In this document: positions 39,561-52,054 of the stretch, piece by piece
Position numbering within the stretch: position 1 is the first letter of the stretch
Layout of the letters: each line of letters opens with the position of its first letter
Position numbers and translations under genes: made by a program
The notes under the pieces: model-generated
Databases searched by the model: none
Told to the model about the DNA's origin: nothing
Seen by the model: only the letters and a program-made list of their open reading frames with translations
From: Xylographa opegraphella
Lineage: Eukaryota
Assembly: GCA_022813865.1 (NCBI GenBank)
Contig: JALDZX010000014.1
Span: 372,001-436,000, forward strand
DNA length: 64,000 bases
Direction: 5' to 3'

Positions 39561-40207
39561 ATACACTCGGACCCTCCTCATCCCACGTACGGGATTTTGA
39601 CACCGAAGATGAATAATCGTTCATCACAATCGGATTCTACGGGCCATAATTGTGTTTAGTTAATCGCGCCCTTTATCTGTAAACCCTGAAACATGTATGT
39701 TCGGAGAAAAGAATCGTCCATAGAAAACTCTGAAGCACCTCATTTTCGTGAAATGTAACATATAGGGAGAAGAGTTGGATACTAAAATTGGGGTAAAGTA
39801 GAGGTAGCGTGGGTGGAAAGGCTCCGCCATTTTGTCTTGCTGAGGGAAGTTTGCTGCAACGGTCGAGGGCGGCGAGCATAGCGCCATGGCTCAAAGCCGG
39901 ATCGCGAGATTGGGTAATATGATTGAAAGAGTTACAAGGCACCTTTCAAAAAGGGATTACCTCGAAAGTATCTCGCATGATTGTGAGACATCGAATTTCT
40001 GTAGCACAAACACCCGAGCATGTAGTTATTAACGCAGTGCTTCGACGCCTTATTATGCCATCCTGCTGTGCATTTTCATAACCGTGTTGTGACAAACAGT
40101 TAGTTGGGGTCAAAGGGGGGGCCGCATATTGTCCTACCCATTGAGCACAGATATTTTCCCGATTATTGACAATATCCAGATGCTCTGTATTATGACTGTT
40201 CCTTGGA

Positions 40208-40861
40208 CTACTCTTTGTCCGGAAGGATAACTCCCATCTCATCCCTCAATAAATGCGTCATAGTACTGCCATCTCGAAGATATACCCAGTCCCCTTGGTC
40301 GCTGTTTTCATCAAGGGACACATAGTCATATCTCTTCGGTCCAGAAATGGGCGAACTTAGCCATATCTGCTTATTGGGTGGCTGCTTATTGATGACATAG
40401 GTCCCGGCAGGCGGCAAGGTGACGGTGAGCACTCCGGCCTTTACCAGTAGAAGACCCGTTAGCATTGGCATTCATACCCAAGCTCGTATGTCCCTGCAGT
40501 AACTACGAGCGCAGCGAACATTTCCCGATGGTGGTTGACTTACGGAAAACTCGACTTCCACATTTTCATCCGCATCCGAAAGATCCTCCAAGCATTGCTG
40601 TACCGCTTCTAAATAATCGTCGGCCAATTGATTGTATTTGTGCTGTGTTATGTTGGAAGGGTCTTTGATGCCCTCGTAGCCTGTGGTGTGTCCAGATGCA
40701 GCTGTAGCAGCACTCGAAGACGCGGATCGTATGGGCTCATGCATTGGACTGAGATACGCGTGAGACTGGCAAACATCAAAAAGTATACGGGTTTTGACAG
40801 CAATGCTCCGCACAGGAACTATGAAGGAGGATTGAAGTCGCATGGTGACTTTCGGCTGCAT
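40208..40861 (-). CDS. YFH1: Frataxin (mitochondrial iron chaperone); intron 40439-40543; start uncertain (ATG 40843, 40861 or 41107)
   Basis: [53 protein letters not shown]. Confidence 0.92.
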
Positions 40862-41296
40862 TTTTATCTGTTCCTTTGCCTCAGAAACTTTTTGGCTATT
40901 AGTGAGCTTTGTACTGCATATCGACTGTCGCTTTAACTTCGGTGCGTTCGTAGCAGGTTCCCATGTGAGAGAAGAACTGGCAAGGCGGCAAGAGCTCCAA
41001 CGTAGCTTGTCGGTACGCTCAGCATGGAATCGTACGCGGGCATTGCAACCTACTTCCCTACTCGCACGGAACAAAGAGTAGATGGATTGTGACAGCCGCG
41101 GATCCATGTCTGGAAAGGATATAACTCGTCAGTAGTTTCTGCTACCTTGAAGTTCAGAAACAAACACAATGACATCGGCCCTTCGCAGGAGGCTAGGATG
41201 CGGTGCAACCTTCTGCCGCGGCCCTTGAGTTATCTCCGAAGCTTGATGAGTGCTGTTCAGAGCACTCACTGAGCGACAACAGCATGGGACGCCGCA

Positions 41297-41991
41297 ATGA
41301 TCAATGCGGTGCTGGTTTTCAACAATTCGGGACAGCCGCGATTGACAAAGTTTTATACCCAGCTAGTATGCTTACATTGCTCCAATGTACCCTGATAAAG
41401 ATGTTACGAGAGACCGACACTGACCATATCCAAAGGATACCGCCGTTCAACAGCGCCTGATCTCGGAGATTTTCACCTTGGTCGCCAATCGTCCTGCTTC
41501 GTCGTGCAACTTCCTACCGTATGCCAGGCTACTGTCATAGCTTCTCAGTCTGATAATTAACGGTTCACTTTAGACTTCCACCACTCCTTGCACCCTCTAA
41601 ATCCTCCACAATAGCCCCTGCTTCATCAACACCAACCGATACACCCTCTCTAATCACCTATCGTCACTACGCGACGTTGTATTTCATACTCATCTCTACA
41701 TCGACTGAATCTCCGCTTGCCCTTCTAGACCTCATTCAGGTTTTTGTTGAAGCTCTTGATCGCCTATTCGAGAATGTTTGTGAGCTAGATTTGATTTTTC
41801 ACTTCGAGACACTGCATGCTGTACTTGGAGAGATGATCATCGGAGGTGTGGTCGTTGAGACAGCGCTAGAAAAGGTGGTGAGAGGTGTGAGAGAGCAAGG
41901 CAAGATTATGAGAAGAACGGGTAACACAGGCGGAAGGTCGGGTGGACTAGGAGGTGGGATATTGGGCGGATTCGGATTAAGAGGAGTGTGA
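41297..41991 (+). CDS. APS3: AP-3 adaptor complex sigma subunit; introns 41366-41435 and 41519-41573
   Basis: MINAVLVFNNSGQPRLTKFY, CNFL, YRHYATLYF, LDLIQVFVEALDRLFENVCELDLIF. Confidence 0.93.
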
Positions 41992-42552
41992 GATCCAGGC
42001 ATACGGAGGACACGAATAAGCTCTGAAATGGGCGCCAAATGTTATGCAATTATGAAGATATAATTAATGCACAGTTGGTCTCGAGATTGAAACCCAATGT
42101 TCGGAGCTTGCGTATCTGCAGGAATTGAGTGCGCAGAAAACCTGACGCCACTAGCCAAGGCCGTACATAATAATGAACTGGGGTCACGCCGCCGACCAAA
42201 CAAGGTCATGACCAAGATTCATGGTTCGCCTGAGCACTCAATTGTTGGTCCGTCAAATTCATCTTTTCCCAGCCTGCAGGAGCTCAAATGCCACAATGAG
42301 CTATGCGTCGTGAGCCATTGAACGGAACTGATATATACAATAAGAGTTCCCACCAGCGAAGAGCGCATGATACACGTTGGTAGCTCCGACCATCTGCCGG
42401 AAAACACGTTCGGTTTCTGCCATGACCCTGACATCTCAGGACCTCGCCACAAAAAAAACCCAAACATTCCGAGCGCATAGGAACCTGTCATATAACTTTT
42501 TCTGTCGTCCATGCCTTAAACTAAGCCGTATTGCGTTCGAGAACTTGACTCA

Positions 42553-42804
42553 TTAGGCAGGTACCTCGACTTGTTGTATAAGTTGCGTATCCCCTTCACC
42601 CTGTGGCTTCGGCAAATCATCGATCTCGAAGACTACCCGTATCATCAGACTGCAGCTTGGACAGACCGCGATGTCCTCCCCATCGCGCAGGTCAGCAATG
42701 CCGATCTCAAATCTATCGCCACATGGGCATGGGTAGTGGTATATCTGTAGAGTGGTGTCGTAGGTCATGTCCTCGATTTCAATCTCATCGTATATAGAAG
42801 TCAT
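42553..42804 (-). CDS. DPH3: Diphthamide biosynthesis protein 3 (CSL zinc finger, Kti11)
   Basis: IYDEIEIEDM, YHYPCPCGDRF, AVCPSCSLMIRV. Confidence 0.95.
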   Translation of the reverse strand: MTSIYDEIEIEDMTYDTTLQIYHYPCPCGDRFEIGIADLRDGEDIAVCPSCSLMIRVVFEIDDLPKPQGEGDTQLIQQVEVPA

Positions 42805-43868
42805 CTTGATAGTTCACGCACTGACAAGTGGTTGTCGTGCTGTGAAGTGAAGCTGTGGCTGGCCGCAATCAAAAAGCGAGAAATTATTTCTTGAACAAGC
42901 GATATTAGCGCGGGCTCGGATATTCTAGGACCGATAACTAAGCGACACCAGATCAGGCGCTTAATCGGCGCTAGAGAGTACCTGCCGAACACTACCTTAC
43001 CTTTGTGACGACTTCTTGGAAGTTGAGTCTTGCCTACGAATAGTCACACAACGAAATCTGCTTTATATCATGATTCGTTGTGAATTTGATAGCTCGTAAG
43101 CAGTTACGCATCGACTGAAACTGGGGCAGATTGGTAGTAGTACGTGAACGGGACCGATGACAGGTTGAAGCGAACATGTATACCACATGCTAATTAATTT
43201 ATATTTCTTTCCTTAATTTCATCTTTCGTATTCCTGCAGAATAAGCAATACTTTAGCTACTCTAACGCGGTACGATGCTAGTTTCATGTGTAAATCACCG
43301 CATATATCCTTCGTGTCTGGAAAGCACGGTGGGTGTTACGGCTCATCAACTCACCACACAAGCACGCCTAGAACGTAAGCTTTAGGTGGACGATTTCAAC
43401 CCAGATTAAGATGGAGAAGCGATGAGGCTGCTCCATGAGCAAGACTATATACTCAAGGTGCTAGTCCTGATCCAGCCCGACCCCTATTACTTGTGACTGA
43501 TGTCATAATCGTTACAGTGGGTGCAATTCTTTCTGCGCTAAGAATAGTCCAATTGCCTAATGTATTTGAAGCCGATACCCCAGATGTCGCTGCCACTCTA
43601 AATCTTAAATTACAGCCTGGCCGGATCCGTCCCAGAGTAGACTTGATATTAATTTGGCGAATTGATTCTAGTTCTCGTGCCTTTTGTCGATGTAATCTTG
43701 AAAGAATAACTGGTAGATAGTATGCCTCGTGAGTGATATGAGCAGCTGTGAGAACACCTTGACATGGATACATTGCCGATATGGCATAACAGCCAGAGGC
43801 AGCGGTGCAAGGAATTCGTACATTCGACACCTTCCCTCCGAGGCCTTTCAAGGCATCCGGCGGTGCTC

Positions 43869-43914
43869 TGCAACGTTCAGGCGGAGATTAGTGCAACGTT
43901 CAGGCGGAGATTAG
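43869..43914. repeat. Perfect 23-bp tandem duplication (tgcaacgttcaggcggagattag x2)
   Basis: Two identical adjacent copies, 43869-43891 and 43892-43914, just downstream of the CTF8 stop codon. Confidence 0.95.
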
Positions 43915-43939
43915 GAGATCTGGTCAGGCGTCGTGCGGG

Positions 43940-44377
43940 CTATTCTTCCGTCTCTCCGACGGGTTCGGGCCTGTTCGAAAATACCACCTTCCAAACCACG
44001 ATTTCCACAACCTCCAGCTCATCTTCTTGCTCTCCGCGCCGGTACCCTTGCTCTTTCGTTCTCCGCCGAACAACTGCTAGAGGCTTCGGTAGCTTCTTAA
44101 GCTCACCTGTCAATCGTTGATGTTTCCCTACATAAAAGTAGACTTTTCTGTGCCAGGCTTCATCTGCGGCCGGATTTGATAAATTGTAATCAGGGAAAAC
44201 CAATCGGCCAATTGCTGTAGGTTCGGAAGACAGAGTCTCTGAGGTTGTGGGCATGTTGATTGTACCTTGAAGCTCTAAAATTGCAAGGCCGGAAGGCGTT
44301 TGGAGGAGCAGAGGAAGCGGACTCGGTGAATGTGATAAGCGCTTACTGGAAGGTGGATGAAGGGGTATTTGAGGCAT
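43940..44377 (-). CDS. CTF8: Chromosome transmission fidelity protein 8 (Ctf18-RFC subunit)
   Basis: LLQTPSGLAILELQGTI, YVGKHQRLTGELKKLPKPLAV, KVVFSNRPEP; ATG at 44377. Confidence 0.9.
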   Translation of the reverse strand: MPQIPLHPPSSKRLSHSPSPLPLLLQTPSGLAILELQGTINMPTTSETLSSEPTAIGRLVFPDYNLSNPAADEAWHRKVYFYVGKHQRLTGELKKLPKPLAVVRRRTKEQGYRRGEQEDELEVVEIVVWKVVFSNRPEPVGETEE

Positions 44378-45500
44378 ATTAAATACAGTGAGATTTCCAA
44401 GAGAGCAGAGTTCACGTCTCGTCGTACCAGAGACAAGATTATCGGAGTGAAGCGAAAGATATTCTAGTTTTTCATTCTGCAAATCTCGAGTCGGGTCACA
44501 TGACTCCAAACCCTAATGAAGACATCTACAACTAGGAGCTCTCTCAACAAACCCGCCATAACACATAACTCTGCGCAATAGTGAGTCATCTAGCCGTCTT
44601 CCAATATACCTAAAAATGTTGACCATACGCTTTTGGCATAACCACACACTTTGCCATTCGCTAATGCTAGGCTTTCCCGTGATTACTTGATTTCTCTCTT
44701 GATTGACTGGAACTAAAGCGGGTGTTGATTGACCGGGCTTTGCCTATGACCGTGTAGAAATCAGGTGCTTCACTTCTGTTCTTGATCGTGTGTAACATAG
44801 AGAACATCTTGTTCCCAACAACGATTCACGTTCCCAGCATCCTCGGCATACAATGTGCCTGTGAACCTGATTCATTCACGTGTACGCTACTATGCTATTG
44901 TCATTTCTGATCAAACGCACACTATTTGAGCGTCCAAAGCTCGCCTCGGTCACTCTTCTCGCTGTATCGAATATTCCAACATTCCAAAACCGATAGCCTC
45001 GTCTGGTGGAGAACTTCACTTCATAGAGTTTTTCTTGCAGATCAAATCAGCTAATCGGCCAGTCGACTTCATAATTCTATCTGAGAGATCCAAGGATATC
45101 ACTTCTCAGTAGGGAGTCTGCACTCCGAATAGCAAATAGCGCCATATCTGATCAGGTAACATCGTATGCCACAACATGTCACGTGGTAAGCGACCTTAAG
45201 GCAGCCGCTGTACACTTCTTTGTTTTCGAGTGCCGACGTGAGAGAACAATAGGGTGGTTTGAAAAGAACAATAGCTTTATTATTTGAACTTAGACCTTAT
45301 TAGGGTCTTTGTCAAGAACAACCCTTGCACGTCACGTCGCTCATAAGGGCCCCCAGTAACATTCTGCACCACACTCTGCTTCACCACATAGGTGGCTCGT
45401 ATTGCCACGCTACAACAGTATCGGCCTTTTCGCTTTTTGTCTTGACTGTTTGAGCTATTCTCTCACTAATCCCGGTCCTTTCATAGTACCGTTACCACGC

Positions 45501-46589
45501 ATGGAGCTTGTCAGTCCGAGAACGTGGGCCTCTCCAACTCAACCCTCGCATACCAACTCGAAAGTCTGGGTTTCTCCTCTCGAAAAAATTCAGGACCGAT
45601 GGCTGGTAATCAAGGACAACTTAAGTCGTGTGAGATTTGATCGATCACCGTTTGTCCCTCAAGACCGCCCAGGCTATTTTGAACATCTCGCGAGCCAAGC
45701 GGAGGATCTGGCCAAAAAGGAAAAGAAGCGTCTGCAGCAGTTAGAATCAGTAGGCGGAGGACATCACTTTTGGATCATCCCTTTCGACGGCCAGAGCTTC
45801 TCAGACAACCGCAGCGCCGTACTTGCGGTATCTTCAATCTGGTCATTGTGGTATGACCCTCCTCAAGGCCGCCCTGAGGCTCCATGGCCGACCCCAGACG
45901 AGTTTCGAGAAGAAGGTGACGAACGTCATACGTCCGGGTTTGGCCGGTTTCTTCCGTTGCCTAGGGTCCCAGGAAATGAAACGGTGGCTTGGAAACAAAA
46001 GGCTTTCCTCGAACCATACCATTTGGACCAAGTCAATCCCGTATTCTGGCGTGAAGATACTCCAAGGTTCCGCGAGGAAGAGGGACGAACCTTGGCTGAG
46101 ACTTTGATGACAGAGTTGGGTGAAGGCAACAGCGATGGTGGGATGAGGAGAGAGGCCGATGTGTTCGATCCTACAATTTCCAGGACGAATTCAGCGACTG
46201 ACGACTGTGCGAGCATGTCTGCTCGAACACAAAATTCACAGTCGGAGCACCAAACAGAATCTCCATTGTACCAAGGTATCGACGGCAAACACAGCCCAAG
46301 CCCGGAGCATATCTCAAGTATCCAACACGGTGAGGCGACACCAGATTTCAATCCAGCCTCAGAGTTCTTCCCCTGTGCAGCTGGAATTACGAAGCGGCAA
46401 ATGATATCCCAGCTCTCGCCCGAAACGCGTTCTTATCTCACTACTACCGGAATTTTCTCAGGTGAAGATGAAATTGATGGTGAAGAATTGCTCTGCGAAG
46501 AAAAGGCTAATGAGGCTCTGTCATTACAGACCAGACGAGTCTGGTCAAGAATGGAACCGCGAGGCCGTGTGAGCGTGTTTGACGTCTAG
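45501..46589 (+). CDS. Hypothetical protein with a conserved-looking Trp/Pro-rich motif; spliced 5' region likely
   Basis: Long ORF containing APWPTPDEFREEGDERHTSGFGRFLPLPRVPGNETVAWKQ; an acceptor (ctaat...tag, 45486) precedes the first ATG. Confidence 0.7.
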   Translation: MELVSPRTWASPTQPSHTNSKVWVSPLEKIQDRWLVIKDNLSRVRFDRSPFVPQDRPGYFEHLASQAEDLAKKEKKRLQQLESVGGGHHFWIIPFDGQSFSDNRSAVLAVSSIWSLWYDPPQGRPEAPWPTPDEFREEGDERHTSGFGRFLPLPRVPGNETVAWKQKAFLEPYHLDQVNPVFWREDTPRFREEEGRTLAETLMTELGEGNSDGGMRREADVFDPTISRTNSATDDCASMSARTQNSQSEHQTESPLYQGIDGKHSPSPEHISSIQHGEATPDFNPASEFFPCAAGITKRQMISQLSPETRSYLTTTGIFSGEDEIDGEELLCEEKANEALSLQTRRVWSRMEPRGRVSVFDV

Positions 46590-48735
46590 CTTCGAGCACA
46601 TCAACATCTTGACAACTGACCAATGGAACGATGCTTTGCTGCGGGAACGATGAGTGGTACTTGACTGGTCGAATAGAAGGACTCATTGCTCTAAAATGAA
46701 ATAACAGGATCGGCCTTAAGATGCGGTATTGCTTTAGCGATCCGACTTTCCTTTCTTGTGTTAATGTCTTTTTTTATACGTGTGCTAAAATCGCTCTGTA
46801 TGATATTTTCTGTTTGTTGTTTGCATATCTGCTTAGTTAAGAATGGTCAGACAAATTCAGACAGAGCATTCGAGTCTAGCTTACGAGATGGCCTATGATG
46901 TTACGCACGCTTAGTATATTGGGATAAAGAGGGCAATTATTGCCACTGTTCTTGGAGGCCTCAATGTTACTCAGCTTAAAATTCCTGAGAACCATGATCG
47001 ATTGTTGCCCAGTGCAAGAACAATGCTGTCGATCCCAATACTGAGCAGATCTGGATGATTGTATTCGAACGACCAATGACATCGTCTTAGGATAAAAATT
47101 CCAATCCAGGAGTCGCAACTTTCAACACTTGCTTTTAGACTATACTACTGGTAGAGCCTATAGTCACTTATCATCAAGGAGGGATAAGTTCAACTTACCA
47201 AGACTACTCCACAAGACTCCCTCACTTTTCAGCGATCAGACTTGACAGTATCTTACCCTGATGAATAACGGCTTTACAGTCAATAATCAAGATCAGCAAT
47301 TGTCCATACGAAATAGAGAACAGCGTAGTAATTTCGCATGTGACTTCGCTGACCGATTTCATACTATACTGATGCTCCAAATTATGTCACCAGCAAAATC
47401 AAGTATCAGCAGTATATATTCAGAGTAATACGCTGCATCATATAGTGCAGTGACATAAGCCGAAAGCAGAAGCAAAGTGCGGCGTTGACTCCATTGAGTT
47501 CACCACGAAGCTGAGAACCAGAGATAAATTTGCAGATGAGAGATCTTACACTATAGCGTACATTATTCTTTGTGGCATGTCGCTTCCAAATGAGATATAC
47601 ATGCTGGTATTGCAACATCGTGATGAGGTGGCGGTGTCTCATTATTCTTTGTTGACAGAGAGGCTTTCTTTATATAATTCCACCAGAGTGGGGTCCGCAT
47701 TGTTTTGCAATTGCCCTATCCGAAACAGTAGCCGTTGCTGCATTTCCTGTCGTTATAAATGGACAGCGACCATAACATGACAAAGCGAATTAACTGAAAC
47801 CGGATCCTGTGATTAATAGACCATTGTCGGTGCCCATAGCCAAGAAGATGCGAGATACCGGACGGATTCCCTCCTTACTGTTCATGTCTCGAGCATAGGC
47901 AGATTGGGCGGTTCGCTCTTCTAGCCACGTGCCACAGGGCGTACCAAAGCAAGGACTACTAAAGACGCTCGAAGAAGTAGACCAGAAAAGCTGATTACAA
48001 CGCTCCATCAATCGAGTCCTGCTGGTGCGAGTCAAGCAATGCTGTCAGATCGGGTCATAACAAGCGTGGGAGCTGCGTTGCCTTCGTCCCCAACACAACT
48101 TTTGCAACGTTCCGAGTAGTCGACCGGTAATCTCACCATGACTTGCGACAGTTCATTGCCCTCTGCTCACCCACCGTTGCTTCTGCCTACGGGACGTACG
48201 GTACCCCTCAGGCATGTATCATATGCATATGCACGAAACATCATTCCACGCATGGAGGAGGTGTTCCACGAGATGTTCCAGAAAGGTGTGGTGTTTCCAG
48301 GAAGCACTGAGTGGCCTTTTCTGGCCTTCCAGCTAGCGGCCCCCTTGGCGCCATTCCTGATTGGCTGATTGGTTGTTTCCCCGATCGTGCCGAGATTCAG
48401 CCGCCAATCAGCCTTCCACTTCGAGCTACTATGCCACGTCCAACTTGATCCCAACTGACCAGCTATGAGAGTGTAGCGCGTTGATTGTTCGCGCCCCCCG
48501 TCTCATACTCGTATACTACAGCGCCAGTCAGTCACTCATTCGTGTGCTACGTGTGCGACGTATGCTACTACCGCGAGGCTGCCGCAATAAGCCAGTTCAT
48601 ACCACGCTCTGAACCGGTTTCGAGCAAATCACGACTGATGGAAGGTGCTTTCTGACTCTTGCTTCCTCCATACGCTCCTTACAATCTTCTTCTGTAATCC
48701 CGACTTCAATCTCCAAGCTTTGATCTATAGAGACT

Positions 48736-51700
48736 ATGGATGTCGCCGACGCCAGGCTTTCCAGCGCAGAAAATTCCGATCGCGAGGTGGTACGCCAACC
48801 CCGGTGCAGCAACCACAAAGACAGATGTTAATGCACAGTCTAGGATACGTTCGAAGATGCCCCTGACAGTGTCATTCAAGCACAGCCAATACACACGAGA
48901 TCTCGGTCGAATGCTTCTGCTCGATCACTGACCGACCGTTCCTCGTCCCTGGCGTCTGTACGATCCTTAACCAGCCGTCAAGAATCATCGACCACACCGG
49001 TTGAACGCCGTCCTTCACACACCCTGTCAGAAAGGCGTCCTTCGGACTCAATTTCGGAACAAGCTACTCCCAGGCTGTCGAAGCCACCATCTACAATGCA
49101 AGATAAAACGGTAGAAGGTTTGCAGGATGTCGATGTTATCAGCCCCAAGAGCAATGCCCTGACAAGCGAGAAGTCCGATGGATCACCTCTCTTGACAGCC
49201 CGTCGTTTCTCAACTTTCGATAATGTGCATCTGAGTGAGGTTGACGAGAGTGTAGAAGTTAACGAGCATAGAGGCCGCTCTGCGACTACCAGTTCAAATA
49301 ACTCGGAGCGGTCGCTCAGTCGATCTTCAGCCGTCTCAGCTTCCCGGCCCCCTCTAAAGTATCGGTTATCAAATCTTTCACAGCCGGTCTCGTCTGCAAT
49401 GGGTGCCCCTAAAATCCAGGGATCTTCCTCGATGTCACGAAAACTTTCCAGCCCGTTCGCCTGGCTCTCTAGAAAGAAGTCTACAGCGCCAGGCAGTACT
49501 TCGCCGCCACACCCTGGTGCTCGAAGGCATACGGCTGCTACGTTAGGGAGTGTCGGGAGCAATCCCGAGTTCATGCTAAGTAAGTTAGACGAAGAGAGGG
49601 GAAGCGACGCGACGCTTCCTGGCGTGAAATTGCCTGCAAGGGAGAGTCTTAAGGAGCGTTTCAAGATACTTCGTATGAAAGAAGAAGCGGGAATAAGCCT
49701 CTCCGAATCCACAGAGCATCGTGGGTCTTCATCCTCTAGAACAGCATCAATGGTCGGAATGGTTGACCATGGCGACGAAGTTGGTCTCGGTATCAATGAC
49801 AGTGGATGCAGTTTGGAGGAACAGGATATCGGCATTACCACAAGCCCTCCAATGCTGCCTGATACTGAGACCTCGCCGGACCGCACACTGGGTCGTAGTA
49901 ATTCCATGGCACCAAACATCGACCATACCCTTGCACCTGGCACAGTCTCGGGTATTTCCTGTGGTCCATCGGCAATGCAAGACCCTGAGTCTCCCATAGA
50001 TTGGGATCTTTGGCAGTCAGTGGTGTATGAAGGTCCAGCAGCTGTTGCTAAAACCAGTGCTGCAGAACTCAATCGAGCTATAGCAAGTGGAATACCAAGC
50101 GCTATCAGGGGTGTCGTCTGGCAAGTCCTTGCCCAGAGTAAGAACGAAGAGCTTGAAGGAGTCTATCGAGAACTTATCGTACGTGGAACGGATAAGGAGC
50201 CGCAGAACCGGTCTCCAAGTTTACCGAGCGCTCCGCAATCAGCAAACAGCTTGAAGAGCAACGGTACCCAAAAAGAATCGATAGCCTCTTCTGCATCATC
50301 AATTCATTCGGAAAACTCTACACCAGCCACGACGAATGGACTAACATCTCCATCTGCAACCCAAGACGTGGATACTGCAAGTGCTGCCAAGCTACAGGCT
50401 GCGATGAATGCTGAGCGGCAGCAAAAGGTGAAGGAAGACCTTGCCGCGTTGAAAAGGCTGGAGAAGACCATCAGAAAGGATCTCGGAGCAAGGACAAATT
50501 ACTCGAAATATGCTGCAGCTGCTGGCTTGCAAGAAGCTCTATTTGGTGTTTGCAAGGCATATGCTTTATTCGATGAAGGCGTAGGCTACGCTCAAGGCAT
50601 GAATTTCATTGTGATGCCGCTTCTATTCAACGTGAGGCAATGTTCTGCTCACATTACCCCTATTACTAACACGAGTGTAGATGCCCGAAGAGGAAGCCTT
50701 CTGCTTACTTGTTCGTCTAATGAACCAATATCACTTGCGTGATATGTTTGTTCAGGACATGCCTGGTCTTCATCTGCACCTCTATCAGTTCGAACGACTC
50801 CTGGAAGATATCGAACCTGCGCTATGTTATCATTTGCACAAGCGTGGCATAGTACCGTCGGTATACGCCACCCAGTGGTTCCTCACGCTATTCGCGTATC
50901 GATTTCCCCTTCAACTTGTGCTTCGTGTTTACGATTTAATTTTGAGCGAGGGCCTAGAAGGCGCTATATTGAAATTTGGAATTGCTCTCATGCAGAAGAA
51001 TGCCGACAATCTTTTGAACATACTGGACATGTCGGCCCTCAAGGTTTTCCTCAACGAACGCTTATTTGATGTCTACATTGATCAAGCACCATCTGCAAAT
51101 TCGATTTTGGAGTCTGGGTTCTTCGGAAACTCGGGAGGCATGGAGAAGGAGATCTATCGAGCAGATCTACTGGTACAAGACGCCTGTGCCGTCAAGATCA
51201 CTCCTGATCTTCTCAAGGCCTATACCAGTGATTACGAGACACGGATTCGCCTCGAGAAGGAGAGAGAAGCGGAACTCGAAGCTCTACGATCTGCTAATGC
51301 ATCATTGGCCGTGAAGGTTCGGTCACTAGAACAGAGAGCAGAAAAGTCGGATACAGACCATGTACAGATGGCGACAGAGATGATCCGGAGCAAGATGGAG
51401 AACGAAGAACTCCGGGCGACGAACAAAGAATTAATGGCTGAGATCGAAGGGCTCAACCAAACGGTTGCTTCCCAACCTGCTGAAATCGAGGCTAAACTCA
51501 AAGACGAGATGGAGCGGATCATGTCACGCAACATTGAGGTTCAAAACGAGAATCGAGCTTTGGAAGAGCAGATGGCGGACATGGAAAGGAATCTGGTGGA
51601 AACGAAAATGAAATTTGCCCAGGTTCGTGCCTCCTGGTATTATACCAAATTATCAGTCACTAATCGTCCTTACAGATCAACTCCGACTATGACACACTGA

Positions 51701-51741
51701 AGCAGAAATGGTCAGATTTGCGGAAGGCACTTGGCGACTAG
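48736..51741 (+). CDS. GYP5: Rab-GAP TBC-domain protein (Gyp5/EVI5-like) with C-terminal coiled coil; introns 48790-48843, 50632-50680, 51623-51675
   Basis: GIPSAIRGVVWQ, IRKDLGART, GYAQGMNF, YATQWFLTLFAYRFP. Confidence 0.88.
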
Positions 51742-52054
51742 AAGGAATGCTATTCCATTGTGTTTTGCTTTATCAATCATGTCCGAGCATATTAGCGGTA
51801 TTGTCTTTCCTGTGCGCGTATAAGATACGGAAAATAGCATTGCACGGCTTATAGCATGATACTCCAGGATGGGATGGGAGGAGTGTTGGAGTTCTTATCC
51901 ACTTCAGCAAAAGACACTCTAGCGATTTACGTCGAATACCTACATGATCTGCTCAGGTCTTATAGCGGTGCCGTGCCCCTTTCAATGAGTCACGTTAGAA
52001 GGAACAGTCATTTTATGTCAACTCACAATTATCAAGTTATCCTGTGGCCCTCCG

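Noticed and set aside
42219..42512. 97-aa ORF downstream of DPH3
   Set aside because: Lies in the convergent 3' UTR region of DPH3 and APS3 and shows no recognisable homology.
43419..43471. GCGATGA...CTGA inside an intron-like segment as a C/D snoRNA
   Set aside because: Only about 53 nt, the C box is imperfect and no rRNA-complementary guide was recognised.
48978..50072. 364-aa minus-strand ORF
   Set aside because: Antisense to the Ser-rich N-terminus of the Rab-GAP, with no independent motifs.
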